Shown here: positions 47,071 through 61,560 of the stretch, piece by piece | Layout: each line of letters begins with the position of its first letter | Position numbering within the stretch: the stretch's first letter is position 1 | Position numbers and translations under genes: made by a program | Assembly (NCBI RefSeq): GCF_009914755.1 | Contig: NC_060927.1 | Origin: the human T2T-CHM13v2.0 reference genome, Homo sapiens | Direction: 5' to 3' (one strand) | Length of the DNA stretch: 64,000 nt | The notes under the pieces: model-generated | Databases searched by the model: none | What the model was told of the DNA's origin: nothing | What the model saw: the letters and a program-made list of their open reading frames with translations, nothing else

Positions 47071-49460
47071 AGTTACTGGAGAGTTTGACTAAGGAGTGTA
47101 ATCTGATTTATGTTTCTAAAAAGATCTGCCTAATGGTTGGTGGGGGATGACGTGATTAATACGTGCCAAGTTCATTTCGTGCTCAGAAGCTGGCAATGGT
47201 CAGCTGTAAGGAAGAGCAATACCAGGGCTTCTCTTGAATCATGGCTACTAAAGAACAAAGAAGATCTGCCTTTATGAGTGGTCTCTAGGCCCACAATGAA
47301 AAGGCAATGCGGCAGAAATAAAGCACCTCCAGCCCCCTGCTGCAGGGAAAGGAGAGGAGATTCATGGCTAGGAGAGGCCCCTGTGCAAATCTGCAAAGTC
47401 TTGGAGAAAAGAAACCATGTCGGCTTTAGCTTCCTGTAAGACAAGTGTGATGATAAGCACCTCTCAGGCTTGTTATGTAGGCAGAGGGGCTGCTGCAGTA
47501 TGAAGCGCCTGTCACCAGTGAGTGGTGGTCAGTGCCAGGGTGGTATCTTCCCTTTTGGTGCCTTCTGCCTGGGACTTTGGCCATCAACTTCAGACTGGGG
47601 TGGGACATGGAGGAGTCTTAGGGGCCATCTAACTTTGAAGAAGTCAAAGGATGGCCTTAGATTGTCTAGAAAGCTTGGGGCTGGAAGGAACTGGAACCTA
47701 ATCTATCATCTAGGTTTGGTAGAAAACCAACACAAGCTCCTCAAATGCTCAAAATTTAAAACCTAGATTGCCCAGGTGAAAGCATGCAAAAGAAACAGTC
47801 TTCCTAGCAGGAAAAGCAAGGAAATTTGAGCCCAATGGAGGCTTGGGGGCAGTGGCTAAAGCAGAGGCTTCAAAGTTCCCTGAGCCCGGGATTTTCTCTC
47901 TTGATACATTTACAGAAGGGGCTATGGATCTCCCACTTCTTAAATGGAACCTGAGTATAAAATGTACAAGGGCCTGGGGACTGAGGGCTGGGGTCAGAAA
48001 GGCCTGGATCTGCTGGGCCCTCAGGAGGCTGTTCAGGGCCTTGCAGGGAGCAAAGAGTAGAGTCTGCCACTGCCAAATCCCAAAGATCCTGCCGGAAGCA
48101 TCCCCTCTTCCCACAAAGCTATAGAATGTACCTCAGACTCTTCCTCCTTTCTCTCTTCTAAAAGTGAATGAAGCCTTCTAACCTGTTGGTTTTTTTTTTT
48201 TTTTTAACTCTCTCTCTACCAAATGTCTTCAATCTAATAAGCAGCAGCTCTGCTTCCACTGGTCTATAACCTATAATAGTTCCCAAATGATCCCTAAAAC
48301 CTATACACAGCAACAGGATGCACTAAAATAATGGGGTTATCTCTGGCCAATCTGCTACAAAGGCAAAAACATAGATGCTAATCCACAGCTTAAAATGAAG
48401 GAGCAAATGAAAGAGTAAGCCCCTGACCCTCCCCACCCACCCACCTTTTGGGACTTTAAAAGGAATGGTATGGAGGTAAAGGCAGGGTGAGGGGAGTGGG
48501 AGGGGGAGCAGGGTCAGACTGCCCTTCTGTAAGTGTGAGAGATGCAACAAAAACCTTGCAGATGACCTCAGAACCAACCAAGAACCTCCCTACTCCACAA
48601 ATCCCCCTACTCCAATGCCTACTGGTTCAGCAGAACCCAGGTCTGTTGAACAGCCAACACCAAAACATTTTTTAAAAGGGTGGGGAAATACTCTTTCCCT
48701 GAATCCCTGCTCTTGTTCCAATGGCTAAACAAAAAGCTTTTATCAGGATTATTTCACTGGGCGACATGGCACAAAGAAAGCAGTCCATTTGCAGTCTGAA
48801 GGTCAACAGGGCTGCTCTTGTTTCAATTTGTTGCTCCTCTATGAGGCCAAGGCTGAATCTGGGCCCCCCTCCGCCTGGGAACCCCCATGCCAATGTGCAT
48901 TCCCTTAAAGTCTCACACAGGACGAGGCTGCTGCAGGCGGCTGACTGAGACTGACCAGCAAATTACACCTCTTGCCTTCCCCTTGACCCTGCCATTAGAT
49001 TTTTTATTTTTTTAAGGTCAATGAAAATGCTATCAACACTCCTCCATTGGAAAATGTTTGTGGTTGCAGCTGAGCATGCCTGTTACAACTGCTGACAAAG
49101 GATTCCCAACTTATAGGACGCAAGAGTCAAATGCACCCCCTTAGCAAACCTCCCCTAGCTTTTTCCACTTCATTTAGGCTGTGTACCCTGGGCTGATTCA
49201 TTAGAATTCTTACATTCACTCCTACTCATTTGAAGAGTTTGGTTTTGTTTTTCTAGTGACTCACATCTGGTGTGCTTTAAAAAGGCAACCTAATTAAAGA
49301 CCGGTCTTGTTTGCCATAAATGAAATGTTAAGTGTATACAGTGGTGCCCCCTAACCATGTCTTCTAACATCCAAGGAGTTAGAAAGAAGGACTTGAAGAA
49401 AGATGGTTGTGTAAGCAAACTCAGATACTGATCTCCTATTATTAAACCAACACATTTACC

Positions 49461-50070
<610 letters not shown>

Positions 50071-50369
50071 TAATCCTCTGCCTGAAAAACCGATAGCACT
50101 CAAAACATCATGAACCTAGGGAATTTGGCACTGGAAAGGACACAATTCATCTATATTATTTTATATTTGTGGAAACTGAGACCCAGAGAGGTGAAGCAAT
50201 ACATACAAGGTCTGATAGCTATACAATGACAGAAGGTAAAATAAAACCCACATCTTCTAACGCATGCCAAGAAGGGAAACATTTACTAAGTGCCCACTCA
50301 AGACCAGGCAGTAAAGATACATAGCCATATATGTCTCTCAAACTTGTCTGCCCTACAGACAGCTAAGCC

Positions 50370-51030
50370 AGGACACCACCATCTCTCATCAGAAAACTAA
50401 GGCAGCTTTCTACTCATCATCCACATCTACCCTTGGTTTCATAATCAACCAGAGGAATGAAAGCACAAATGACACCCCTGCCTAACACATCCCCTTCCTA
50501 GTGACTCCATACTGTTCTTAGTATAAAGATGCAAATCTTGGGCATAGCCTTTGAAGCTATGTGTGGTCTGGTTCCTGTCAACTACTCCAGTCTCACCATC
50601 TACCACCTACCAGCTGCATTTGCCTTCAAAGCAGCATGTTCCATCCTGCCACAGGGCCCTTGCACATGCTGTTCCCAAGGTCACAGCTCTTTCACTCTCC
50701 TCTTTAACCTGGTTAACACCTTACCTTCTTTCAGCTTTCACTTCCCCAGAAAAGGCTTCCTTGGCCTTTCATGACTAGGTCAAGCTCCCTGGTTAAATGC
50801 CCTAACAGCAACATGTCTCTCTTTTCTTCAAAGCTTTTGTTTTCATTTGTTATTATATTCTTGTTACGGTGATTATTAACATCTGCCTCCATAATTGGAC
50901 TGTAAGTCACCAGCACCTTGCCTGGTTTGCTCACCATGTTATTCTCTTACCACCAACCAACACAGCGTGACTATAGGAGATGCTCAGTCAATGTGAATAT
51001 CAATGAAAGAATGAGGAAAGAATAAAAGAA
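50370..51030 (+). mobile_element. L2 3' portion
   Basis: caccatctctcatc, ccacagggcccttgcacatgctgttccc, ggactgtaag, tgctcagtcaatgtgaat. Confidence 0.8.
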
Positions 51031-51057
51031 TACATGTAAGGTCCTCAAGGACCTTAC

Positions 51058-51082
51058 AGTTTAGAATGATCTTCCAAGTCAC
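51058..51082 (-). other. Candidate 25-nt micro-exon (donor lies inside a hairpin)
   Basis: Minus strand: gcttcctgatttacag|GTGACTTGGAAGATCATTCTAAACT|gtaagg; may overlap old L2/MIR debris. Confidence 0.17.
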
Positions 51083-51982
51083 CTGTAAATCAGGAAGCTA
51101 TGCAATGATCAATGCCACTTAACATAGACCTTCCTCAGAGAGTGTCTTGATAGCCCCCTCTTCAGTTATTATATTACATATAATAAAATTTCAAAGTTTA
51201 CTCAGCAAATGTCACCCTTTTGTCAAGAACATGAGACCTTCAGTCAAACATAAGCCCCCAAACTAAACAAAGCCTCCAAGGTCCCAAAGGCAATTTTGTT
51301 CTTTACTGTGGTATACTGGGAGCCCATTAATCATTCCCTTTATTATATAAAACACAGCAATAACCCTCCCTTCATACCATCCCTATTTCCAGACACATTC
51401 TTCATGAGTTGCCAGAAGCTGGTTCATTTCTCATTTCAGACACTCCTCCACTTCCCTGTGGGGATGGCGAGCACATGGCAGGCCTATTTCCACAACCTGA
51501 CAATAATTTAAATGAAGTCGCAGCCTCAATTTCTGGTTGTATTACAGAGAGGGAACATCATCAAGGCACATAACAAAACTTAAACAGCAACCTAGAAGAG
51601 AACATGCTACCACAGCGCACAGATTGGTTAGAAAGGAGAATGATTCCGCTACGGCAAACAGAGCAGAGCAAAACACAGCAAGTTGTCAACAGCTATGAGA
51701 AATGCACATCAGAAACGTGCTTATGATGAAACCTTCTTTTCTATGTGAAGGCAAAACCACATGAAATATCAAATGTAAAGGAAGATAATTTATAATTTTT
51801 TAAAGCCAATGTTTTTCAGTTACACATAATATTCAAATTTGTGAAAACTCACTGTATCCAAACCATGTTAAAAAATATGTTTTTAAAAGGTTTTTCTCTC
51901 CTCTATGGAAGTTAGTAAATTACTGTGCCTTTAATGACATTTAGGCATGTGGCTAGTGAGGTGTGATCTGTGAGCTTGGACA

Positions 51983-52242
51983 TTGTTATGAACAGAATAT
52001 TTGTGTCCCTCTGAAATTCATATGTTGAAATTCTACCCTTAATGTAATGGTATTGGGAGGTGGGGCTCTTGGGAAGTGTGTAGGTAATGAGAGCAGCACA
52101 CTCTACAACCCAGAAGAGGACCCTCACCAGAACTGGAATCCTAATCTCACACTCCTAGCCTTCAAAACTGTGAGAAATCAATTTCTGTTGTTTATAACCC
52201 ACCCAGGCTATGGTATTTTGTTATAGCAGCCCAAAGAAAGAC
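51983..52242 (+). mobile_element. MLT1A/B-like MaLR LTR (internally deleted)
   Basis: aaattcatatgttgaaattcta...atggtattgggaggtggggc...aactgtgagaaatcaatttctgttgtttataa...tatggtattttgttatagcagccc. Confidence 0.88.
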
Positions 52243-52339
52243 AGACATCCTATTCAAAATGCAATCACCTCTGTTAGCCGTAGGTGAATCATTTGCCTTT
52301 TGGGTTATCTGCAAATGAAAAAAAAAAAATGAAATAAAT

Positions 52340-52512
52340 TAGCCAAGTGTGGTGGCCTGCACCTGTGGTCCCAGCTACTCAGAAGGCTGAGGCAGGAGGA
52401 TTGCTTGAGCCCAGAAGGTCAAGGCTGAGGTGAGCTGTGATCATGCCATTGTACTCCAGCCTGTGTGGCAGAGTGAGATCCTGTCTCAAAACACAAAACA
52501 AAACAAAACAAA
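52340..52512 (+). mobile_element. Alu right monomer (FRAM or 5'-truncated AluJ)
   Basis: Right arm only with (AAAAC)n tail. Confidence 0.9.
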
Positions 52513-52655
52513 CCCCACCTTTCTTTATTAGCATGATTAAGCTGAGTAGATCATCAGGTCCATTTTCAGGTCCATTCAGCACCTCCTGTTTAGTTTTTCC
52601 CTGTCTTGGAAGCTTATAATCAATAAAAGGTATTTTCAACCAAAACCTTATTTAC

Positions 52656-52674
52656 CTTTTCCGAGTAAAACAAG
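52656..52674 (-). other. Candidate 19-nt micro-exon
   Basis: Minus strand: ctcccttttaccctgtgtgtttag|CTTGTTTTACTCGGAAAAG|gtaaat; internal CpG. Confidence 0.3.
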
Positions 52675-53356
52675 CTAAACACACAGGGTAAAAGGGAGAC
52701 TAAAGATGGTGGGTTAGTATGACCGGTGCCCTGCGTCATGTTCCTAGGGGAGGCTGCTCCACTCACCCTGGACAGAAAGCAGGGAAGCATTCCACCTTGT
52801 CCAGCAGGGAGAACCTGGCACATTCCTACCTCCAACAATGCTGGGTCTCCTCAAAGTGGCTCCTGTATTTTTTTCACAATATTGAGAATGCTCAAGCGGC
52901 AAGGCTTACTCATATTTCAATGTAACAGCTAGAACATATTCTGAGTGAGATATAAAAGATGTACTGGTACTCTGTCATTTCTATATCATCTAGAATATAC
53001 TCCTTTCCACAAGTTTGGATAAACAAGCAATGTATGTTGATTGATAACTCCTTACAAGCATCTTTCATTCTGTAACCACATGGTGGGCACCAGGCATAGT
53101 GTTGTGCACTCAATAAACACCCGTTAAGTGGAAAGGAATTGAGACTGCAACAGTGGGATGTTTTTCATTTTAATAGAAAATTTCCATTCCTACCACTATC
53201 CTGAGAGATCTTTCCATACCAACTGAGTTAAGTGTAGCACTGGTGTTAACAATTCCACATCCATATGAAATCATGTGTATATTTCACATTCCTTCTATCC
53301 TCTTGTCTTTAGCCTGACTTATTTATTAGCTCATAAAAGCCTGGTATTATTTTTAC

Positions 53357-53425
53357 CTATCTTGCTTTGTATATCACAAGGTCTCTTCAGGTAGACCTTG
53401 ATTTTCCTTTTGTTGTACTGGTTTT
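53357..53425 (-). other. Candidate 69-nt exon or pseudo-exon
   Basis: Minus strand: gccttccctcatttttaaag|AAAACCAG...CAAGATAG|gtaaaa. Open only in phase 1-1 (NQYNKRKIKVYLKRPCDIQSKI). Confidence 0.17.
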
Positions 53426-53780
53426 CTTTAAAAATGAGGGAAGGCAAATATGTATGTAGAGGAAGACATGTTCTTAAAATGTTGCCAAGATAAATCCAGT
53501 TCATGTTTACAGTAACCTTCCAAAGACAGCATGTAACATATGAACAACCAAGTAGCCACTCAATCATTTATCCAACAAATGTTTATCGGACACACAATGC
53601 CAGACACTGCCCCAGATGTTGATAATATGGCAAAAACAACAAAATAAAAATTATATTCTACTGTGAAGAGACAAATATAATAAATTTAAAAAATACATAA
53701 TGTGGCAGGTGATGATAAAGGCTATGAAGAAAAAATAAAGTCAGATAAGAAGAGAGGGGAGTGCCGAGGAGTTAAAATGC

Positions 53781-54094
53781 TATTTATTTATTTATTTATT
53801 TATTTATTTTTTTGAGACAAGGTCTTGCTCTGTCACCCAAGCTGGAGTACAGTGGAGAAATCATGGCTCACTGCAGCCTTAACCTCCTGGGCTCAAGCAG
53901 TCCTCCTGCTTCAGCCTCCCAAGTAGCCAGGACCACAGGCACACCACCATGCCTGGATAATTTTTATATTTTTCATAGAGACAGGGTTTCGTCGTGTTGC
54001 CCAGGTTGGTCTCGAGCTCCTGAGCTCAAGCAATCCTCCCGCCTCAGCCTCCCAAAGTGCTGGAATTACAAGTGTAAGCTACCGCGCCTGGCCT
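53781..54094 (-). mobile_element. AluJ-like with (TTTA)n tail, inside an antisense L2
   Basis: TSD aaatgctattt. Confidence 0.95.
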
Positions 54095-54672
54095 GGAAAT
54101 GCTATTTCACATAGTGGGACAGAGGAAGTCTAAGAATATTTGAGCAGAGAACTGAAGGAAAATGAGGAAGACCAGGTTGGAGGCCCTAGACATCCAGCCA
54201 CTGTGGAAATGAAGAGGGCATGACCATCTGGAGGAAGTGATAATGGTGTGATTCTGGCTCTATTTATCAAACCATCACACTCTTGATCACATCTGCTTGG
54301 ATATGAATCAAACTTTACAGAATAAAATCAATAGCAAAGGCATTTTTTTAAATACTTCTACTAATAACAATGTACAGAAGTGGCTCATTTCAAACAACCT
54401 CGTTCTCCCTAAAATGGAACAGTACCCCACAACCACTCTACATGAACAAAATGAAAGGTCCTCTCTAGATGTAAAAAACCCTAGTGATGTTTCTTTGAAA
54501 CTCAATGCTTCTAGAGCCTAATGCCTAACTGTAAGGAGAGCACAGATGCAAAGCCCACCACAAAGTATAATTTCTCAAGGTTGGCTTTTACATAAAATAA
54601 AGTGAAGCACCTTCCCGACTGAACCTTTGAGTTAACCAGCTAAAAGCAAATAAGTTAATTTCAAGGATATTC

Positions 54673-54984
54673 TTTTTTTGTTTGTTTTTTTTTTTTTCGA
54701 GACAGAGTCTCGCTCTGTCACCCAGGCTGGAGTGCAGTGTGGTGCGATCTTGGCTCACTGCAGCCTCCACCCACCCTGGGTTCAAGCAAGTCTCCTGCCT
54801 CATCCTCCCAAGTAGCTGGGAGTACAGGCGTGTGCCACCACATCCGGCTAATTTTTATATTTTTAGTACAGACGGGGTTTCACCATGTTGGCCAGGCTGG
54901 TCTCGAACTCCTGGCCTCAGGTGATCTGCCTGCCTCAGCCTCCAAAAGTGCTGGGATTACAGGCATGAGCCACTGCGCCCAGCC
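54673..54984 (-). mobile_element. AluS-like
   Basis: TSD tttcaaggatattct. Confidence 0.95.
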
Positions 54985-55019
54985 AGTTTCAAGGATATTC
55001 TAAGAGAGAAAAATATTAC

Positions 55020-55076
55020 CAGAAAAGAATCCATAGTAAAAGTTCTTTCAAAACCAACCAAGAGTCAGAATTGATC
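55020..55076 (-). other. Candidate 57-nt exon
   Basis: Minus strand: gttgtttttctcctttttccaaag|GATCAATT...CTTTTCTG|gtaata. Open only in phase 2-2 (INSDSWLVLKELLLWILF). Confidence 0.2.
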
Positions 55077-56096
55077 CTTTGGAAAAAGGAGAAAAACAAC
55101 CATGGGTACAGCTTAGATGCGCCGTCTCTGTGCTTGGTTAACTTGTTTCAGAAGCAAGAGTGCAACCCCCACTTGTCTGCAGATGAATGAGTCTTAAGTT
55201 TAGCTTCTTTCAGTGGCCCGTGTATGATGTATGGCAGAGCTCAGTAAATGCCAGTTGATTGAATTAGTGGACGCGCTGAGTGAATGCACTAAAGAATGAA
55301 CAAATTAACTCATTAATTCTAAAACAATATTTTCTTCAATGGAATTTATATAGAGCTGACCAGCAAAATCGTCCCTTTCCTCTGCCAAATAAAGACAAAG
55401 AAGCTCTTTAGATTTATTGATTTTAGTGCTGAGTAGAGGATTCCTGTTTTGGAAATTGATATTTTGAGGTACGTGAGGAGTTAAAAAAAAAAAAGTTCCA
55501 TTTACAGTATTATAAGGGGAAAAGGTCAGTCTGTTGGGAATAAACCCATTCAGGTTTCCCTGCAGGATTGCTAAGGAGTTAATCCAAACCTGGCATTGTG
55601 ACCACTGAAGATAAGCCCGTGATTTCGTTTCAAATGTTTCACCTTCAATATCAGTCATGAATGTTATGCTTATAGAGAAACCACCTGCTCATACTGAGTC
55701 AGCTCTCTCCGTAAAATGATCAGCACATCGCAGGGTAAGTTAAACAGCAGGGTAGAGGAAGACACACAAACCACGAGAATTCTCCTGGTCACTTCATTCT
55801 TTTAACATTTCTCTGAAGTTACCCAAGAATTTCAGTGTCCGTCAAGTAATGTAAAATTCTATGCATGGTAAGATCAAGGGCAAAAGTCAACATATCTCCT
55901 TCTCTTCACAGAGAACAGGTATCAGACACAATTGAGAAAAGTAAGAAAAACAGACAAACAGCTTCTGCAATTGAAACCAGGAATATATAACCAGATCAAA
56001 GATGAGGCTTGATATAATTACATAAATCATTTAGGGGTAAACTCAATTAGCTGGGCATGGAAGCCCAGATGAAACTTCCTAACCAGTATTATTTAC

Positions 56097-56129
56097 ATAA
56101 TTTTCAGGTGGACAGACCCAGGCTCCAGC
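56097..56129 (-). other. Candidate 33-nt micro-exon
   Basis: Minus strand: cttttgtttctgattttttttccag|GCTGGAGCCTGGGTCTGTCCACCTGAAAATTAT|gtaaat. Strong acceptor, weak donor. Confidence 0.22.
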
Positions 56130-56555
56130 CTGGAAAAAAAATCAGAAACAAAAGTATTACTTTCTAGTGACTTCTTACAGCAAAAATCTCAGTCAAAATA
56201 GTATTAATGATAAACTGAATACATTTTAAGGCAGTTGAAAGGTAAAACTTGTCAATATAACATTCTTTAAATTCACAACTACAATTTATATATATATATA
56301 TTTTAAATTATGCATGACATAGAAGGAATATACTTCTGGATATATAAGTTTAAGAGTTACAAACACTGTTATTTAAATGAAGTGTACCTTACTACTTGCT
56401 CTGGGGTGTAGAGATAGTCATTGTTTGTTATTGGGAAGTATTGGACACAACAAAAATGTTTCTCAGTGGAGAACTGCATTAAAAATAAACTATACCCATC
56501 TGTTTTATGCAATAATAAGCAGCAGTTTAAAAGAATAAGATACAGCTTACACTAA

Positions 56556-57126
56556 ATTAATGGATAAACAAACTGTGGTACATCTATACAATAAAATATT
56601 TTTCAGTGATAAAAAAGTAGCGAATTACCAAGTCATGAAAAGACATGGAAAAACCATAAATGCATATTACTAAGTGAAAGAAGTCAATCTGAAAAGGCTA
56701 TATACTGTATCCTTCCAACTATATGGCATTCTGAAAAAGGCAAAAGTATGGAGAGAGTAAAGAGATCAGTGATTGCCAGAGGTTAGTGAAGAAGGGGAGA
56801 TGAATAGGTGGAACAGAGGATTTTCAGGGCAGTGAAAGCATTCTGTATGAAACCATAATGGTGGATATGTGTGATTACACTTTTGTACAAACCCATGGAA
56901 TGTACAAAACCACAAGTGAACTCTAATGTAAACTATAAACTTTGGTTGAAAGATGATGTGTCAATGGAGGTTCATCACTTGTGAAAAATGTGCCACTCTG
57001 ATGGAAACTGTTGATAATGGGGGAGACTATGTATACATCGACTTGGGGGCATATGGGAATGCTCTGTACTTTCTGCCTAATTTTGCTGTGAATCTAAAAC
57101 TGCTCTAAAAAAAAAAGTAAAGTCTA
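56556..57126 (+). mobile_element. L1MC1-like 3' end
   Basis: aatggataaacaaactgtggtacatc, gcatattactaagtgaaagaagtcaatctgaaaaggcta, ttttgctgtgaatctaaaactgctctaaaa. Confidence 0.9.
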
Positions 57127-58069
57127 CCCTATATAGAAGAAAAACTTAAAGACAAGGCATTCCTCCTTTTGCTTTCGGAGGATGCCCTATTCTGTAACTG
57201 AATAGCTTTCAATATACTATCTCTTCTCACAGCAATCAATCAATAAATAAAATCTATTTAAAAGGGAAAAAAGCAAGTTGAAAATTAAAATAAAAACAAT
57301 GACAACATGTCTTTAAAAAGCCATCACAAACTAATTTTTACATATCTATTTATCTATCTATCTAACTCTATCTAAATATCTGGAAGGAGACAGTAAACTG
57401 ATTATTACACCTAAGGAGGTAAGTGGGACTGGGGCATGGTAGAGTCACTGTTAGCTCTATCTCTGCTGTTTGATTTTTAAATGATGAGAATGTATACAAT
57501 GTTACTTGTATAATTAAAAATAAAATTGTTTTTCTCTTTAAAATATTCACTTTATATTTTATGCTAAAGAATTTGACAGTAAATGAAAGATATGACATTT
57601 TACCCCTAAACACTTCCATATTCATCTCTAAAAAATAAAATATTTTTCTATCCCCAAATTATTTTTTCAACAGTAGAAGCAGAAAAGATTTTCTACTAAA
57701 ATACTGAGGTGGCTCAAGTTATCTGTTTCAAAAAGCAATGTGTAGATGGGCATATGAAGCATTAAAAAACTAAAAACTAAAAACAAAAACAAAAAACAAA
57801 GGTTAAAAAAAGCAATGTGAAGGACCAGTAAGCTAAGCTGTTCTCAAGGAAAAATCTAAACACCAAGTGCTGAGAACTGACTTCATGACTATTACATGGT
57901 CTTCCTAAAAACAACTTTTATATAATGTTTTACATTCTTACCTTTACTAACACTAATAATCTCACATACCAACAGGTCAAAATCTATTATTCTTATATTT
58001 TTTGCAGTCATTTGTATTACAAATGTAATATAATAGAAAAGCTTATCATAACAGACTGAGTGTCTTAAG

Positions 58070-58560
58070 CAGGGATTCATAATCTAGAATTCTCAGACCC
58101 TCAAGAGTTCACTGAATAAAATTCAGGGCATCTTCAAGCTTAGATGGAAAAATGAGATACATCTTTATTTTCACCAATGATTGAAATTTAGTATTTCTTT
58201 CCAGTATGAATGGAGGCTACAAATCACAGAAGCGTTCTCAGACCTGTGACTGTCAACACAGAAATCACTATATTTTCAAATGACAGTGTAGTTGGTGTAG
58301 GTATTTCAAAATATCATTTATTCTTATTCTTATCATATCACTGAAGGTGTATTAGTTATTAGACTTGTTGCCAGATGTTAATGCATTAAGAAGCACATGC
58401 TCTAACCACAAATTTGTTTTTAAATATTTTTATAACTATATTTCAACATAACTGGTTTGCTATAACCTTGTGAATTTTGCTTTGGGCACATATAAACAGT
58501 CTTTGTGGGGAAAGGGGTGTTCATAGGTTTTGCAAAATACCAAAGCTCAGGAATCCTTAC
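58070..58560 (+). mobile_element. MER113-like hAT-Charlie element
   Basis: tacatctttattttcacc...gaaatttagtatttc...cctgtgact...agaaatcac...cacaaatttgtttttaaatatttttataactatatttcaa. Confidence 0.8.
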
Positions 58561-58807
58561 AACTTAATCTCCTCATCCCCACAATTCCATTCTCCCAATC
58601 TAAGGACTATCCACAATACAGTGTATGCTCTTCCATACTTCTTCCTTTATATAGATAAATGTATATAAACATATAGGAGCATAACGTATATAGCATGTGT
58701 TCTGTAACTGCATTTTACACTTATATTCTGAATGCATTTACAAGTCTATATAATTCGGATATTCATGCTGTTTCCAGTTTTAGCTATCATAAACAATGCT
58801 GTAATAA

Positions 58808-59131
<324 letters not shown>

Positions 59132-59309
59132 TCATATACTGCTTTTTAAAATTACATGATCAATTCTATTTATGGAATACTTGTATTAATAACAAAGACC
59201 CTTGAACTTAACAATAAAGTTGATTTTGTATAATAAAATCAATAGCAACAGTAGTTATTTTTTTGTGCTCACGATAGGCCAGGTACTAAGTACTTTACAT
59301 AAATTAACT

Positions 59310-60033
<724 letters not shown>

Positions 60034-60271
60034 ATGAATTAACTCATTTTTAGCCTTACAACTTTAAGGCAGGGCATTGTTACGATTTCTGTTTTACAGG
60101 TGAGGAAACTGAGGTACAGAATGATGTTCACTCTCTAACCTCCTGAAGTTTGTAATTCTGGTGATAAATCCCAACAAACAGGTGTTCTGGGGCACAAGCA
60201 CCTTCATTTAACAAGGGCCCCATCAAGGTCACTTTGAAGGGGAATGGGAAAAGGTGAATATGCTGACTTAC

Positions 60272-60305
60272 ACTTTGTTATATCATTCATATCCGAGAGT
60301 GTGTC
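60272..60305 (-). other. Candidate 34-nt micro-exon
   Basis: Minus strand: ggagtttcag|GACACACTCTCGGATATGAATGATATAACAAAGT|gtaagt. Good donor, poor acceptor. Confidence 0.14.
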
Positions 60306-61099
60306 CTGAAACTCCTTGGAATTTCTTTGTCACTGTGCTTTTCAAGAAGTGTGTCAAAGATAAAAGATCACAGCAACTATTATCTACCACCTAATCTATT
60401 AGGCCAAAGGCAAGATGCAATATGTCTATGTGAACGCTCAAAGCACAAGTAAATTTGCCATCAGAGGCGGCAGCGTCAGAACAACCATTGGACCAAACAT
60501 AGGGTATCTGCTACCTTAGGCCCAAACAATTTCACAGACAGCAAAAATAGACCATAAACCCAAAACAAACAAACAAAAAATGCCAACAGGTTAAATATAA
60601 GCATGTGTTAATGAAGACCCAATCTCAGCTAGAGGCCTGGTCTCCTCGGTGATAAGAGCATTATTAACCTCTCCCACATAATTCATCAAGGCCCCATGCT
60701 GGCCAGGGCGAGGCTAATCTCCCCAGTTAGCAAGTTCCAGAACAGACCAAGAGAAACAAAACCACAGAAATGGTATCTTTTTTAATTATCTGGACTCTGC
60801 TGAGCAGAGATAAAATAAATCTCGCTGCTATTCCGTGCCTGGTTTAACATATCCTGGCAATGAAACACCATTTAGCTTAACTGAGACAGGAAAGCTTTTT
60901 TCCCCCTCTTCTATATCAATGCTTGTGCTTTGGGCATGCACATGACAGGATAAATAACTGGAGTGCACAGTTAATGGAAATTTGGGGATGCCTGTCATAA
61001 ACCTCAAAGCAACTTTGCCAATAAGACCAGCTAAAAGCACTAAACATCATTCAGCACTGAAAGCCAGGGAGCCAAAAGCTTTCTTCTCCTCTCCTGTCC

Positions 61100-61560
61100 T
61101 GGAGGTGGTGTGGGGAGGCTGTGGAATCGAACCATCCTGGGCTTAAATTTACATACTGTGACTTTGAACTAATTGTTTATCTCTCTGGCTCTCAGTTACC
61201 TCATCTGCAAAAAGGGTATGATACATTCCATTGTCACAGGACCGTACCACTGTGAGAATTTAATGAGGTATTTGGAAAGCACAGAGCATATGAATGCTTA
61301 ATTCATATTAGCCTGCTATAGTATGCTATTTACTAATATAATAACTATAATTAGCACTGTGATTGGGAGGACAGGCCTGCGACTCAGATCCAAAAGCTAT
61401 GGTATTTGCTAGCTGTAAGGCCTCAGGCAAGTTTATAACTTCTATCCACTCCGTTTGCCTCATCTCTAAAGGGGTAATATGAGGATTAAGTAATAAAATG
61501 TATAGTAGCACAGTGCCCATCACATAGTAGCACTAAATCAACAGTAGCTGCTCTTGTTGC
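61100..61560 (+). mobile_element. Two adjacent MIR fragments
   Basis: ctcagttacctcatctgcaaaa; gctagctgtaaggcctcaggcaagttt...gaggattaagt. Confidence 0.75.

Noticed and set aside
55305-55658. 117-aa ATG-initiated minus-strand ORF
   Set aside because: No recognisable domain, runs through a T homopolymer, and its length is compatible with chance.
55912-55918. Plus-strand 7-nt AG...GT segment (tctcttcacag|AGAACAG|gtatca)
   Set aside because: Opposite to the inferred transcription direction with a weak donor; treated as background.
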